A DNA stretch of 63,843 nt, counting the filler, from Reticulomyxa filosa (taxonomy: Eukaryota; Protista; Foraminifera): assembly GCA_000512085.1 (NCBI GenBank). It is 18 parts of 18 records of this genome, joined end to end, with 100 filler letters (N's around TTAATTAATTAA, not from the genome) between each part and the next. Parts side by side here need not be neighbours in the genome. Positions count along the whole stretch, not along the records: positions 35,015 to 45,943 come from ASPP01007610.1; positions 46,044 to 47,471 come from ASPP01013166.1; positions 47,572 to 53,549 come from ASPP01045035.1; 15 more parts are not named here. The stretch is one strand, 5' to 3'. The position numbers and the translations under genes are program-made. A model generated the notes under the pieces. It had not been told where the DNA came from. It was given only the letters and a program-made list of their open reading frames with translations, and ran no database searches. Below, piece after piece: positions 37,047 to 51,042 of the stretch. Each line of letters opens with the position of its first letter. Position 1 is the stretch's first letter.

Positions 37047-38181
37047 ATGAGCACGCCAAACAGCGACTCTCTCTTTGTTTGTTCTTACGTATTTTATATT
37101 GCAGCATTCATTCTTGGTGTGTTGCTTCTTGGATTGGAGGGTTATAATACGTACCAGAAATGGTCAACTTTTATCCCAACAAGTGAAGAGGAAGATCTGC
37201 TAAGAAAATATAAAATCATCCTGCCAATGCCAAAATTGGTGTGGCTGTTTACGTTGCTGGCAATGTTGTTTGGTTTGATAAATTACACACTGGACATGAG
37301 TGCACGAAGCTATCATCCAGGCGGTTCAAGTCCAAATGCTGGATATAGTACCTGTCTGCACTTGGTCCAGGTACAGTTATTGGTGTATGGGTTTGGTCGA
37401 GCCTCAATGTATTTGGTGTTAATCCTGCGATTAAAAGCAGTGTTTAAAGATAGTGTACATGCGTTATCCGACCTATCGTTCTATCTGTTAATATCAATTG
37501 CTTTGGTATTTACTATTTTAATTGTTTCTGTGATCAGTGCGTCTGCTGATGCATCTGTTAGTTTTACTAGTTGCGTCTTTTTTTTTTTAAAAAAAAAAAA
37601 GAAGTTTTTTTATTCACAGAAACTGATGTATGGTCAGCTGAGATATGTATACGTATTATGTTGTGTGATGTGCAAAAAGATAAACATAATTGGTTGTGTA
37701 GTAGCAAATATGAAGTGGTTGGCGTGATATTGGTAGCGCTTAATGATGTTGCTCTGACATTGGTACCGACCTATTTATTTAGTGTCCGATTATATCGTGT
37801 ACTGCGAGATTTGGACCATTGGGAAAAAAAAAAGAATTTCTTAAACTGGCCTTAAAAACTTCAGTTTTGGCTATTTTGGCATGTGTTTCCATGTTTGTTG
37901 CTCTTTTCACCGTCGCTTTTACCCCTCTCAAGTTCTTTTCTGATATTGCCTTGATCACGAATCAAATTTGCTTAATTTTGATGAGCAACAAATATGATTG
38001 GGTCTTTTTTCAATATTGTTTTTGCTGCATTTTGTCACCATTAATGGTTCGGCTTGAAGTCCAACATAAGATGAATATGGACGTCAAGAGAAATACGGTT
38101 ATCACTCCGACAAGTGAAAAGCAACCGAAAGAAATCCTACAAACCATAAACGAAAGTGAACAGCAAAAAACATCACAATAA
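37047..38181 (+). CDS. Seven-transmembrane GPCR-like protein; one intron (about 37557-37700) and one homopolymer frameshift (about 37824-37833)
   Basis: About seven hydrophobic helices, a Cys before TM3, ILRLKAVFKDS after TM3, and a polar C-terminal tail. Confidence 0.65.
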
Positions 38182-39059
38182 GAGACCGTAAAAAGGTATC
38201 AAACCACTTATTCTGACTACAATAGACCCCTTTTCTTTCTAACGTATCCCAACTTTTTTTTATTGATTTTTTAGTTTTTATTTGGTTGTATAATGAGCAA
38301 AAAAATTATTTTTTTTGTACTTTGCACTATCACTCTGTAAATGGGATCCCAATTTTTATTCAAATATTACATCTTGCAAGCTTTTTTTTGATATTTATAA
38401 CAAGCGCAAATCTGAATAAAAAAATAATAATACTGCAGCAAATGACCAATACAATTTGTTAATAGTCTCACCCCACCATCATTACGAAATAAAATTTAAG
38501 AAAAAATTGTGGTGAATGAAAATTCATAAAATGTAAGTGAACAAGACCATAATCATGTTTTTAACTACCTTAATTAGTAAAATTACAATAGGTCATACAC
38601 TTCATGAGTTTCCTCTCTGCAGCTAGCGCATAACACAATCATCAGTTAGTATTCAAATAAAGTGTCTTATCGTTGTTTTTTTCATTCAAAAAATCATTTT
38701 TTTTCATTGATAAAAAAAAGAATTGCTTGACGTTTACACATGTTTTTTTAATTGAAAAAATTGTAATATTTTTTTAATTCAAGTGAAGTAAGTTTACGTG
38801 TTTTTGACTACAATAACAAACAAGTTTTACAATTTCTTTGTCTTCGTTTAAATTTAAAAAAAAAAGCAAAATTTTGACAAGAACAAATGAAAATGTGGAT
38901 ATTTTATTATTGACATTCATATTCTTGTTTAATATTAATCGTTTCAGTTTTCGCTTCATCTTTCATTTCATTTTTTGCTTTGTCTTTCGATTCGTCTTTT
39001 GCAAGCAAACGAATTAAAAACAAAATGCAATGTCCAATATTGATCTCTATACGTATTTG

Positions 39060-39570
39060 ACTTGTACCATTTTGCAGGTTTTATCACTACATTGTCACCA
39101 ACTCGCACATCCTCTCGCAATGACTTTTCTTCCGCTGTCAGTATTCATGTTTATTTTAATGATCATGTTCATTATCTTGTTCATGACTATGTCCCTTGTC
39201 GTGTTCGAATCTTCTGACGATCCTTTTAATGCCTTGGTTTTGTCTGTTGCTACTGCCAGTTTTTTTGCAGTAGTGCTTTTTGCTTATGACCTTTTCGCGG
39301 CACTAGTTGCTGCGTTGTACTTGGCTTTGCTGTCGGGCCTGGTTTGGTGGCTGCAGCTTTGCACTAGTTTCGATTTATCTGCAGCAGCTGTGCTTGTAGA
39401 GGTCGCCTTTGCCTGAGGGCTTTTGTCTTTCAACGCCGCTGCTGTGCACGTGCTTTTGCAGTTGTGCTTTTCTTAGCATTCGTAATATAAGTTGTGGTGC
39501 TTAGTTTCTTTGCTGGACTGGCAGCGCTTGTCTTTGCCGCTGTTGCCGAAACTGCTGGGGACTTTTTTTT
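39060..39570 (-). pseudogene. Ala/Lys/Thr/Ser-rich low-complexity gene remnant
   Basis: GC-richer island reading AAKTSAASPAKK...AKKSTTAK...AKSTTAKK, with stops and a frameshift. Confidence 0.4.
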
Positions 39571-42023
39571 CTGCAAAGTTATCATGTTAAAATTATATAT
39601 GTGTTTTTTCTTCAATTTTGTCTTGTTTGTTCAACAAAAAAGTAAATAATACAGATAATCACATTAAATATAACATTTTCTAAATTAAAAATACTATGAC
39701 GACATAAGCGAAGAGTTTTTAAAAAAGAGTTTAAAAAACTTTTTTTTTCATTAAATAAATTTACTTAATGATTACTAAATATAATATCATTCTATGTAGT
39801 ATAATATGATGCAGAAACACTGCAATCATAAAATACAATGTGCTTTTTAAAAATATCTACAATTTTGTAGTTTTTATATTTAAAAATTTTTTTATTTTTT
39901 ATTCAGTTGCTTTTTTTGCCAATAATAGTTCATATTGACATATAATATACACGATGACAAATAAGTCTGTTTATTACAAGACAATGTATCTTGATGTATA
40001 TTATTTATTTTATTACAAATTTTTTTATATTTTTTTATCATATTATAACTATTTTTCCAATATATTTTTTTTCCACACTTTTAATGTAATTTTATCTATT
40101 TGTTTACTATTCAAAACTTTCTACAACTTTTTTAAAAGCAAACATATTTTGATCATGTTACGCATATTCACACAAACAAATAAAATTATTTTTTATATTT
40201 TTATGTAACAAACTACATTTCAAATTTTTTTAATGTAGTATAAACACTAAAACATTTTTTTTGTCATGTATATAGTAATTAACAAAAAAAACATAAAATA
40301 AATATTTTATTTGATGGAATTACTATTTATAGCATACACACAACCACATTATGTTTATAAAAGATAAATATATAAATAAATATAATAAATCATTATTCTT
40401 ACTTTCTGATATTGTATAGACTTCGACAACAAATTTTTTTTTGTGAATGTGTAAAATATGTAACGCTTTTTGTGGTGGAGGACTACTATACACAAGCATA
40501 TAACAGATAAATATATTTTAAAAAAGATATTGCAAAACTTTTTTACTACTTTCGTAGATAGTATTAGCTTCTACCACGTATTCCGTTTGATGATGTTGTT
40601 GTTACAGTAATCATTTCAATGTCTTTTTGTAATATATACATAACGTATAAAATCATATTGTCTTTGTGATTTTTTTAATGATAATTTTAATTTAAAAAAA
40701 GTATGTAAATCTACTATATATACTTACGCCAAGAAAATTATGAAGATATGTCAATTTGTTTGCCATTGTTTATTGTCTCGCAAAGTGCAGTAGCCAATGT
40801 GTTTATTCTCTTTGTTCTATAACACTAAGGTCATTACATGATGATACTGAATTTCCATATGTCAGCAAAGCAAACAACATCACTGCATTATATAATAATA
40901 TAATGTCCCTTTGATTCTAAATTATATGGTGTATTTGATATATAAAAACGACATCGTATCCACGCAAGTCGATTTTGAGAATGTAATGCATTGAACTTGA
41001 TATATCTACGTCATTTTCCACTTGCCATAACGCAAATACTTCAAATAATTAAATCGCTTGTGCGTGTATTGCTGTCAGTATATGCACAGTCTTGGCTGCT
41101 AATATCGCAATTTTGGTTTGACTTGAGCAAAATCTATTGCTTGAAGCCATAACGTCGTTATTACATTTTTTTAATATATATAATTGAAACGCATTTATAT
41201 TATTATTATCAAAGTTTTTTCACCTTTTGTTTATTTATTTTTTTAATTGAAAGGAATGTAGTGAAAGTAACTGTATTGCAATATCACATAATATATAGTG
41301 ATACAATTATAATTTTTCAAAGCTAATGGTTGGATGCGTACGAATTTGGCATATTGCATTTATATTTGCGATTTGTGTTATTGTTGTCGATAAATAGTCG
41401 CTGTAGTGCTTGATATGCTCGTTGATATGGTAGTCGATGTCATTGTCGATTTGATAATTGATTTGATTGTTGGTACTGTCGTTACAACCGTTGGACGTTG
41501 CTTTTGTGTAATGACTTAAGAGGTAGTGACACTAACTTTGATACAAATGACTAGTGCGTTATTTGTAAATGAAAATTGAAACGGCGACATATCTGTAACG
41601 CCAGCCCAAGAACTCCGATCTCGCCAAAAAAAGAAAAAAAGGGTTTATCAATATCTAACTGCACACTTTCATAAAAAAAATTTGTAATTGAAAGTGAATT
41701 GATTAAATTTGCATTCGTTTAATAATATTAATTAAAACAAAAAAGATGGAGCCAAAAATTCAGACAATTTGTTTGATTATCATTTTATCTTCGATTGAGT
41801 TATTTTCAAAGGAGCACTTGCTTTATAAGAAAAAAAGATCTGTGCAAACATATTTTCATCTGTGTCAACATAATAGCTTGAGATATTCTGTATACTTCGA
41901 AAACAAAAACAAGTTGATTGTCAGCTACCCAGAGAAGAATACAAAATCGAGTCGTGTGAGCTAAATGTTTAATCTCTTAAAATCATTTGCTGTCTATGAA
42001 AAATGTTGCTATTGAATTTTTGT

Positions 42024-42942
42024 TTAAATGTCAACAACTACCCAAACTTCGCATTTTGTTTTTTCTTCCTTGATTTGCATAGCTGAGTAAGTAATTGCCT
42101 TGACTTCAGTTCCAGTACCGTGTTTATCACGATCAAATTTTTCACCGTATCTAAAAAAAAAAAAAAACCAATATAAAAATATATTATCTTTTTTATTTAA
42201 AAAAATAAATAAATAAATAAAAACAACTTACCCAATAGCTTTGAGAGAAAATCCTTTAGGATCAAATAAAATAATTTCAACATCCTTAAAAATGAAGTAG
42301 TCTTCTTCGAAATGTAGTCCCAAAAACTCATTCAAGAAATTAAATAATAGACTTGACATATCGTGACCACTAACTTCAACTGTATGATGTTTCAGCAACT
42401 GTACGTCTTCTAATTCATACATGTAACCAAACATTGCTATACAAACTTGTTCAAAGGCTTCCAATAAAGTATCGCCCCATGAATGTAATTGAATATCTGC
42501 AGTGTGATCTAGGTCTAATTACAAATATTACAAAACCCCCACACATACGTACTTTCTTTATTATTCTTTTCAATAAGATAATTTTGTTTTTGTTTTTTCC
42601 AATTGATTGTTACATTCATAATTTTTTCTTCGTGGCTTTCGATCTATGATTTCTATTGATTTTTTTTTATCAGAAATAATGTATTCAACAATCCTTTTTG
42701 GACTTTAGTTTTCATCAAAGAGAAAAATTTCATTCACAATTCACCTGGGGCTAGTTTATTTTGTTCGTTTTGTTTTTCTCGATCTCTTCGACGTGTTCGT
42801 TTTTCTCTTGCTGGTAAATCTTCCTGTTTGAATAAATAATCACTAAAAGTGAAAATATTCAATAGATCTTGCATATTCAAACATACTTAGCTGTAGAAGA
42901 TAAGATCTTTTGAATTTCTTTTTCTTCAGACGCTTCTGCCAT
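42024..42942 (-). CDS. ZBTB8OS: Archease (RtcB tRNA-ligase cofactor), multi-exon
   Basis: [31 protein letters not shown]...[10 protein letters not shown]...[25 protein letters not shown]...VVVDI* carries the archease DHTAD and EVKAITY motifs. The N-terminal exons are uncertain. Confidence 0.95.
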
Positions 42943-43416
42943 TTCAATTAAACTAAAAATACTTTTTTTTTTTTTTTTAGCAAAAGTTAATTGTCCCTCG
43001 TTTACTTTGGTAATTTGTCATCATAAAGCTAAAAATATCAAAGCTAAGTTTTTTTTATTTGCATTTGACAACAAGAAAATTATTTAAACAAAAGTTAGAA
43101 TTAATAATATTTATTGTTTACATTGAAAAAACATGTTGAATGAAAATATTTAATTTTAACTCTGATCAATAATTTTTATGGTTTAAATTTACTCATAATT
43201 GAATAAAAACTACTCGTATTTTAAAAAAAAAAAAATGAATCAAATCAAAATTGTTTTTTCCAACTTAACCTTGTATTTCTGCTTCTGTCTGGATCTTGTT
43301 TAAGACCCATTGAAAAAGCATAGACTAAAAACTCATTGCCATAGAATTAACATCTGGCATACTTTTTCAACGAATTTGTTGTTTGACAAAGTAAATAAGG
43401 CAAAAACAAGAAAGAG

Positions 43417-44744
43417 ATGCCTTTGGATTGGTCATCTGTCATTCAACCATTTATAACCAAGGGACTTTACGAAGAAGCTGATTTGCATTTTAAATGTTAT
43501 ATAGAGCAAAATCCAAAAGATAGTACCTCTTTAGCTTTATATGGTTACTTTCTTCACATTTTGGAAGAGCATACATCTGCAGTGAAATATTTTGAGCAAT
43601 GTTTGGAACAAGATCACAACAACGTCCTATGTCTAAATTACTATGTGGATGTATTGGCAAGTTTACAACAGTGGGATAAAGCTTTAATGATGGCAGAAAG
43701 AGCATATAGTTGTAACAATAATCATCCCTGGACTTTAGCTTCGTATTGTAATGTATTACGACAAATGAAAAACGAGACCAAAGTTGAGTAAACAAAATTT
43801 TTTGATCTATAATAAGTCCGAATAAATAATAAAATTATTATTATTTTGATGGGGGGGAAAAAAAAAAAGGTAAAGAAATTGTTGAAAAAGGTTTACATGT
43901 AATACATGAAGCAAGTGGACAAGAAGTTAAAGATACATGTATGACATTCGGAAATTGCTGTTGGGAATTAGGAATGACAGAATTGGCTGAAAAAGTATTT
44001 TTGGTGGGTTTAACAAAAATTCCTCAAAGTTATCATTTAAGAGACGCTTTATGTGAATTGTATATTGAATTGAAAGAAATGCACAAAGCTGCTTATCATT
44101 TGAAAAAGCTGGTACACTTTCATCCGGATAGTTACAGTAGCCATACTGACTTAGGATTTGTTTTACGTGAAATTAATCATATCTATGAAGCCAAGCAACA
44201 ATATAAAAAAGCATTATCATTAAAAAGTGATTATGCAGGAGCTCATAATAACTTGGGATTTTTACTCTTGCATGATTTTTATCCATTAGCAATGATCAAT
44301 AAAACAATCCAAATTACACAATGTATCAATGAGCATGAATGCGATAACAAATATCAAGAATCAAATGATAAAGATAATAACATTGGAGAAAAAATACTTG
44401 AAGATGCTTTTTTTCATTTATGTCAAGCCATTGAAAGTGATCCCACTTTTGCTAATCCTGTTCGACATTTGGGTGATTATTATCGTGTTTATCGAAAAAA
44501 CTTTGACAAAGCTTTAGAATGTTATCAACTTGCTTTGAAATTAAAAGATCAATATACCGAAGCTATCATTGGTATTGATATTATTCACAAAATTAAAAAT
44601 ACTGAAATATCCATCGACATGGATAGTCTTGAATTACAAAAAAACTTGACTGAAAAATTTGAAAATCAAAAACAACAAGAACAATCTGTTGCTTCACAAA
44701 AAAAGCTTTCTCAAAATGATGTGGAAATGAAAGATTCCTTTTAG
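43417..44744 (+). CDS. Tetratricopeptide repeat protein, two exons
   Basis: Repeated TPR units (AKQQYKKALSLKSDYAGAHNNLGFLL, ALECYQLALKLKDQYTEA). Intron ends at about 43869. Confidence 0.9.
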
Positions 44745-45124
44745 ATATAGAGTAAAGATATAACGTTGTTGGGAAGGGGTTGGGAAATACATTGTAAAGT
44801 CCAAGTATTTTTATTTACAAAAGCTTTTATCTGATTTTTAATAATCTCGTGTTTTAGTGACAATTTTCTTCAAATACAATTGTTGAGTAACATGCTCAAA
44901 TGTTCAAATTTTGACTCCAATTTTAGTACGTTCTCAAATGAGGTATCTAAATTTATCTTTCGCTTTAATTCAAAGTAAAAGTGCTGGAATTAAACAAATT
45001 TGTTCAAAAATAGATGCAATATTGCTTGCGTTTTTAAAAAGCTTTTTTTTTTGTTGTTCTTGGCCGGAAAGGCATAAATATTTTTAATTTAGTACAAATG
45101 TCTTCTTGTGTTGTATTGAAGAGT

Positions 45125-45850
45125 GGATGGGTTCAAAAGAAAGGAAATTGTATGCTTCCTTCCTGGAAGAATAGGTTATTCGGTTATGTCGTCTGCCGTA
45201 CTTTTTTTTGAAATTATAAACGAATGTTTGTTGGTGATATTTTGTAATGAGGCAGAAAAAGAAAATCCATGATGTGGGATGTGCATACAGATTTTTGGTG
45301 TTGGAAGCAAACACAGGATTATTTTATTACGTCGACGACAAGCGTAAAGAAAAGAAAGGACAAATAGATTTATCAGAGATTCAATACGTGACAATAACTC
45401 GAAATGAAGACGACAAGTTGTTGACAGTGAAGAACAAAGAGCGAGAATTTTGGTTTCGATGCTATTCAAAATTGGAATCAGATGAATGGTATAAAGCATT
45501 GACAACGTTCAAAGACCAAATCCGAATGCAGCAAAGCATAGCAAAATATCAAAACAAATTGGAAGAAGAGATGGTGCAAGAGCAACAGCATCGTATGTCC
45601 ATGGATACTTCTGCACATCGCAAGAGTCGTGTGTACAGTCCGGATAATAGCTACGCCAATACCAATACAAACAATAACAATAACAATTATAATAACAATA
45701 GCAATAGCAATGATAATCTAATGCTTTCCAATAGTTATTTGCATTTCAATGGCGAAGTTGAAGAACCTAAGTCACGCTTGAGTAGTGTCCCCACCGAAAT
45801 CGAAGGACAGAGTTTCGAAAACACTGGTTGTTTTCAATCCGCAAATCAGG
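45125..45850 (+). CDS. PH-domain protein, partial
   Basis: SGWVQKKG...SWKN (upstream exon), then RFLVL...LFYYVDDKRKEKKGQIDL...REFWFRCYSKLESDEWYKAL, a classic PH signature. Confidence 0.85.
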
Positions 45851-46047
45851 GTTTGTTTTTGTTTAATTTTTTTTTTTTTTTTTTTTTTTAAATTATTGGT
45901 TTGGGTCGGTACGAGGTGCCACACAATACGTAGTCCATACATTNNNNNNNNNNNNNNNNNNNNNNNNNNNNNNNNNNNNNNNNNNNNTTAATTAATTAAN
46001 NNNNNNNNNNNNNNNNNNNNNNNNNNNNNNNNNNNNNNNNNNNTTGT

Positions 46048-46865
46048 TTATATCACAAACAAGAAGTAACACAAAACACAGTTAGATGCTTCGATGGTTT
46101 CAATGAAACGAATAACACCAATGTCGCGACTTAACAACAGAATTTCATCTTCGACTTTGAAATGATTCGAATCGTCTTGAGAGTCAGCTTCGTCATCCAG
46201 TTTGGTGGTTTCTTGTATTGGCAATTGCAGCGCATGTCGCAAGTTTTCGACGAAATTGGGCAGGCAAGTGAAATAACAGCATCATCACATATAATCAAAA
46301 ATAGGTAACGCCATTGACACTACATGCGGCTGCATTGTGATTCCACCAATTCAGCTAGACTACAATAAGCATATCTCTGGAAAGGCCACTGGTCCAATAA
46401 AATGAATAAATCGGTCTTTGCACTGGCTGTTCGCATTCGCGATCACCAATTTCAGGGATCATCGGCAACGACATGCGATCTTTTTTTCTTCATATTGACA
46501 CATCAACACGGAGATACTTTCTGGTCTAACAACGAATCTGCGACTTTGCCATTGTAAAGTATATCTTGTCCAAAGCGCTGTCGTACGCATTGCAATGCCA
46601 ATTGTCCAACTTCATCCGAAATCTTTTCCTTGACTTTGTCGACTGTGGCAAACAATCCATATCATTCAGTGGCATCCAAGTACTTTTCTCCACACAGTCG
46701 CCGTTGTGCCGTTTGGATCCCACTAATCGATTACAAACAAGCAATTTCTTGTTGTCCACACAAATATTCACGGTCGTCAAGCTGACCGCTCAAAAAACAA
46801 AACATTGACAATGTCGTCTCATTGTCGAGAACGACATCTTCTTTGAACAGTGCGCTCATGCGCAT
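46048..46865 (-). pseudogene. Decayed gene remnant; the end resembles the start of a CAP-Gly/SH3-like domain
   Basis: GC-richer island of broken frames ending FKVEDEILLLSRDIGVIRFIE. Confidence 0.3.
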
Positions 46866-46867
46866 AT

Positions 46868-47200
46868 ACTTTTTTTTTTCTCTTTTTTCTTTTTTCTATT
46901 TTTTTCCTATCTTTTTTTCTTTTTTTTTGTCTTTTTTTGACTTTTTTCATCTTTTTTTTCTTTTTTCATCTTTTTTTCTTCCTTTTTTTTTATCATTGTT
47001 ATCTTTTTTTATTTTATTTTTCTTTAAATTTTTCAACTTTTTTTCATTTCTTTATAATTTTTCTTAAATAAAAATTTTCAACAACCCTTTTTCCAATTTC
47101 ATTTTCCCATTTTTTCTAATTTTTTTCCATTTTTTTACAATCCCTTTTTTCCAATTTATTTTTTCCAATTTATTTTTTCCATTTTATTTTATTTTCCTCC
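46868..47200. repeat. Pyrimidine-rich (T-rich) low-complexity tract with TTTTCCAATT-like repeats
   Basis: About 330 bp that is almost G-free on the plus strand. Confidence 0.85.
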
Positions 47201-47586
47201 CCAATGTTCCATATCACCCTTTTATCAAACAGAAATAAATAAAAAAATATTTCAATATGTGATTGTGTGTATAGGGCTCAAAAGCCACAAAATGATTGAC
47301 AGTTATTTTTTTTTTTTTTTTTAAACATCATACATTTGCAGTGGAGCTAACAGCTCTAATTCTAACACTATTTTTTTTTTCCTTTTGTTACGAGGGGAGG
47401 GACAAATATAATTTTTGTTGATGGGGGCATGCCTATCGACAACAAACAAACATTTGATAAAAAATAAAAAANNNNNNNNNNNNNNNNNNNNNNNNNNNNN
47501 NNNNNNNNNNNNNNNTTAATTAATTAANNNNNNNNNNNNNNNNNNNNNNNNNNNNNNNNNNNNNNNNNNNNAAAAAAAAAAAAAAG

Positions 47587-48280
47587 TTGGCACATGGAAC
47601 AGGCGAATATAAGAGGTTTGAGGCTCAAGTGAAACACAAGCGGTATGCGGTGAGTAACGATGGGACACTGTTGTTGATGAATGAAAACAGCAATCAGGAA
47701 GTATCGTGGAAGGGATTAATCCGGTATTTGCTGACATGCGAATGTCATATTTGCTTGCAAGAAATCGGTGCGGGAATAGAAGCCACGAATTTGCCATGCA
47801 AGCATTGTTTCCATAAGTTGCGTTTTGTTATTGTTTGTATACATCTGCAAAAAGAGAAGGAAGAGAGAAAAAAAAAAAAAAAAAAAAAGGGGGGGGAGAG
47901 GATTTAAAAAAAAAAACTTGCCGGAATTGCGTAGTATAGTGGTGGGTGTGTATGCGTGCGTGTGTACGGGGGTATAATTTTTGGACAGAACGTGTTTACG
48001 ATCGTATTTATCTTACATTCACCGAATTGGGATGGAGGATCATTGCGCATGCTGTCGACTGCCATTGAAAAAAGTGAAGCGAAGTGAGGTTGGACAGCCG
48101 ACCGACGCAAACCTTCCTAAGTCGATGAGTGTGAGTCCCATCATCGATAAAAGCCTTGGAAGCTCGCAGCCCTCAGAAGTACCCACGGCCGAGTTGTTGT
48201 CGATGAAGTCGGATGGAGAGGACGACGAAGATGGAGAAGAGGACGTAGAAGAAGAGGATATAGAGGAAGATGAAGAGGAG

Positions 48281-48312
<32 letters not shown>

Positions 48313-48865
48313 AGAAGTAGGAGTGAATGCAAGACAGGAAAACATTGTGGTCCCATTGGTCAATACCAATAGCATTGTCCAACATCCGATAAGGAACTTT
48401 GAAATAAATGGCAACTTTCATAATGCCAATCCTGCTATTATTTCTCCGGCTTTATTTTATCCCAACAATATTGCATTTCAACCTAGATATTACATTGCTT
48501 CTACAATTCCACATGTCCATGCTTATCCACACGGACATGTCACTTCTTCCTCTTCTTCCTCCGTCCCTTTGGAACGCTTTGACAGCCATTCTATCCGCTC
48601 TCAGCCACAATTGCAACAGCAAATGATGACCTGGCCGGCTGAACCATCTCTTACGTCCACACAGAACGGCAATCCGACACTCGAACACGCTCAGCAACCA
48701 CCTCGAGTTGCCTTGCCAATGCACTCGTCCAATTCAGCACTCAGTTATACTCATAACTCACACGAGAGAACAACGAGTAATACCATCGACGATGCAACCA
48801 CAAACCAGCCTGAAAAAAAAAACTTCTTTCAATTGTTTGGGCTACAACGCAATAGCAGGAAATGA
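47587..48865 (+). CDS. RING-H2 finger protein with poly-E tract, 5'-partial; intron about 47817-47988
   Basis: The spliced sequence CHIC...LPCKHCFH.TC...HCACCR gives a C3H2C3 RING. Confidence 0.85.
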
Positions 48866-49595
48866 ATGATCAGTATAAAAATTCAAAGTCAAAAAGAATT
48901 TTTTTGTTTGTTTGTTTTTTTCCCTCTCTTCTCTGCATCTTTTTTTATTTTATTATTATTTTTCTTTTTTTTTTGTGAATTTGGTGCTGTGCTACCTTTG
49001 TTTATTTTTTTCTCTCATTCTCTTTCACGACAAAAACAAAATATGGAGTTTTTTTAATGTAGAGATATGCGTTGAATGTTTTCAACCTCAGCTTTACGAT
49101 GAACACATTTCGGATTAAACGAAGACATACCAACCATTTCGAGTATGCTCATTATTTTCACCCCCCCCTCCTTTCCCTTTTTTTCTCCCGTAATTTTTTT
49201 TTTTTTTTTATTTTTTATTCCAACTGGAAACGAAAACTTTTTGCCAATTTGGAAACTGTTTCAAAAAAAAAACAGCTGCTATCATATGTGAAAAAATGTA
49301 TTGTGTTACTTTAAAATCCTTTTGATTGAATTTGTCCAGTTTGGAATATTATTTGGACTCACATTGTTACCTAGAAACGTGGGTACTTTTGTTTTACAGT
49401 GGAGTTGTTTAAAGTTGAAACACTACCTTTTTGTGATTTTTGTATGTTTAATAAACAAGAAATTGGGTTCGTAGATTTTTTGAATGCCTTAAATTTTTTG
49501 GAAATATGCAACATTTCAATAAACTTCTTTCGGAACAGTAACCACTTTTACGTTTTATGTTGGGCTTCAACAGTCACATCCTCAAAAAAGATATA

Positions 49596-50396
49596 CTAAT
49601 CGAACTGCTGTCGCAGTTGCATAAAAATTTCGGGTTTCCAACCATGCTGAGACGACTGGCCTTTCATTCTTTTCAATTTTTCTTTTTCTTTAATTGTGAG
49701 TTTCGATTTTCTATCTTTTAAAGCAGAAGATAGAGCAGCCTTTACTATCTCTTCATGCTTTTGTGTTTCCACACCCTCATTTGATGTTTTTGTGTACGTT
49801 CGAGGTTTCTTTTCATCATTTTCATTTTCTCTATTCATTTCTTTCTCTGTGTCACCTGTATTTTGCTTTTGCTGCTTTGATATTTGCGATTGGATAAATT
49901 GCTGTTCTGTGATTATTTTGTCATTCTCTATTTTGCTTTGCAAAAAGTCAACCACGGTATTTTCATCACTATTTTTATGTCCATAACGTAGGGATGAATT
50001 ACTTGTCAATCTCAATTTTTTAATTTTATTGTTCTGGTTAGTTTTCGTGTCATTTGTGTTTTTTTTTTCATTCTCCTCTTTTTCACTGTCGCTTTGATTT
50101 TCACTATCACTTTGCTCATTTTCACTGTCGCTTTGATTATCTTCGCCATTGCTTGTTGTATCTTTCTCATCCGTAGCTTTGTTTGTCTCTACTGTTTTGG
50201 GCAATGACGATGGGTTTGGTACTTCTATTTTACTCTTCTTGGCTGGTGGACACAAAGCTTCGTCGTTTGCGCTGTTACATAATTCAGAAAACGGCCGCTT
50301 GTTCGTTTTTGTTGTACTCATATTAGAGACAGGTGCAACATGTTTCTCTTTATCTGATTCCGATTCTGAATCACTGTATTCAACTAATTTTTGCAT
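49596..50396 (-). CDS. Hydrophilic uncharacterised nuclear-type protein
   Basis: Intronless ORF starting MQKLVEYSDSESESD and ending KEKEKLKRMKGQSSQHGWKPEIFMQLRQQFD, a C-terminal motif recalled from uncharacterised eukaryotic proteins. Confidence 0.75.
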   Translation of the reverse strand: MQKLVEYSDSESESDKEKHVAPVSNMSTTKTNKRPFSELCNSANDEALCPPAKKSKIEVPNPSSLPKTVETNKATDEKDTTSNGEDNQSDSENEQSDSENQSDSEKEENEKKNTNDTKTNQNNKIKKLRLTSNSSLRYGHKNSDENTVVDFLQSKIENDKIITEQQFIQSQISKQQKQNTGDTEKEMNRENENDEKKPRTYTKTSNEGVETQKHEEIVKAALSSALKDRKSKLTIKEKEKLKRMKGQSSQHGWKPEIFMQLRQQFD

Positions 50397-51042
50397 TTCA
50401 GGCTGGAAAAAAAATGTGAACTTTTTGCTACTCTTTTTTTGAGTCCTCCAGAGCAATTAAAGATTTGTGATGCATGTTCGTGTTGTTAGATGTGTTTCTC
50501 GTCTAGGATCTGCAACATTAGAAGATTACACGGAGTTAGTTAGCTGGCAAAAAAAAAATTCAAATTTAGAAGGACTTAACATTTTGAACGCACAAAGTGC
50601 ATCCAATTTCAAAGTGCCTTTAAAATAAACATCACTTTTTAAAAAAGGGAGATTGGAAGGACGAGACAAGTTCAAAAAATCAATTGAAGTGGTGTCAATT
50701 CTCCCTTCAACCCAAAAGTAAAGAGTAACGAAAAAACCGAAATTATTGACTCCCAAATTCACTCCAACTGCTAAAAAAAACGACAAAAACAACGTCAAGA
50801 CACTACTGACAATTCTCAAAGATGAAACAAGTCTGGAGAACAAACAGTAGTAGGATCAAGAGCGACAACGAAACATAACATCGACAAAAAAAGGGGAAAA
50901 AAAAATCAAACAAATATTTGCAACTGTATAAACAACACATGGGCTTTCGGTCAAAGCAACCAAAAAGCCTCAGACATATCCAATTTCAATCAGAAGGAAA
51001 ACAAACCAAAAACAAAAAAAAAAAAAATTTTTTTGTTTGTTT

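Noticed and set aside
39060-39570. Histone H1 call for the AK-rich remnant
   Set aside because: There is only compositional similarity; no globular winged-helix domain is present and the frame is broken.
46822-47071. Phe-rich ORFs as membrane proteins (also 1110-1589, 39954-40208, 48866-49118)
   Set aside because: They are translations of T-rich low-complexity or UTR sequence.
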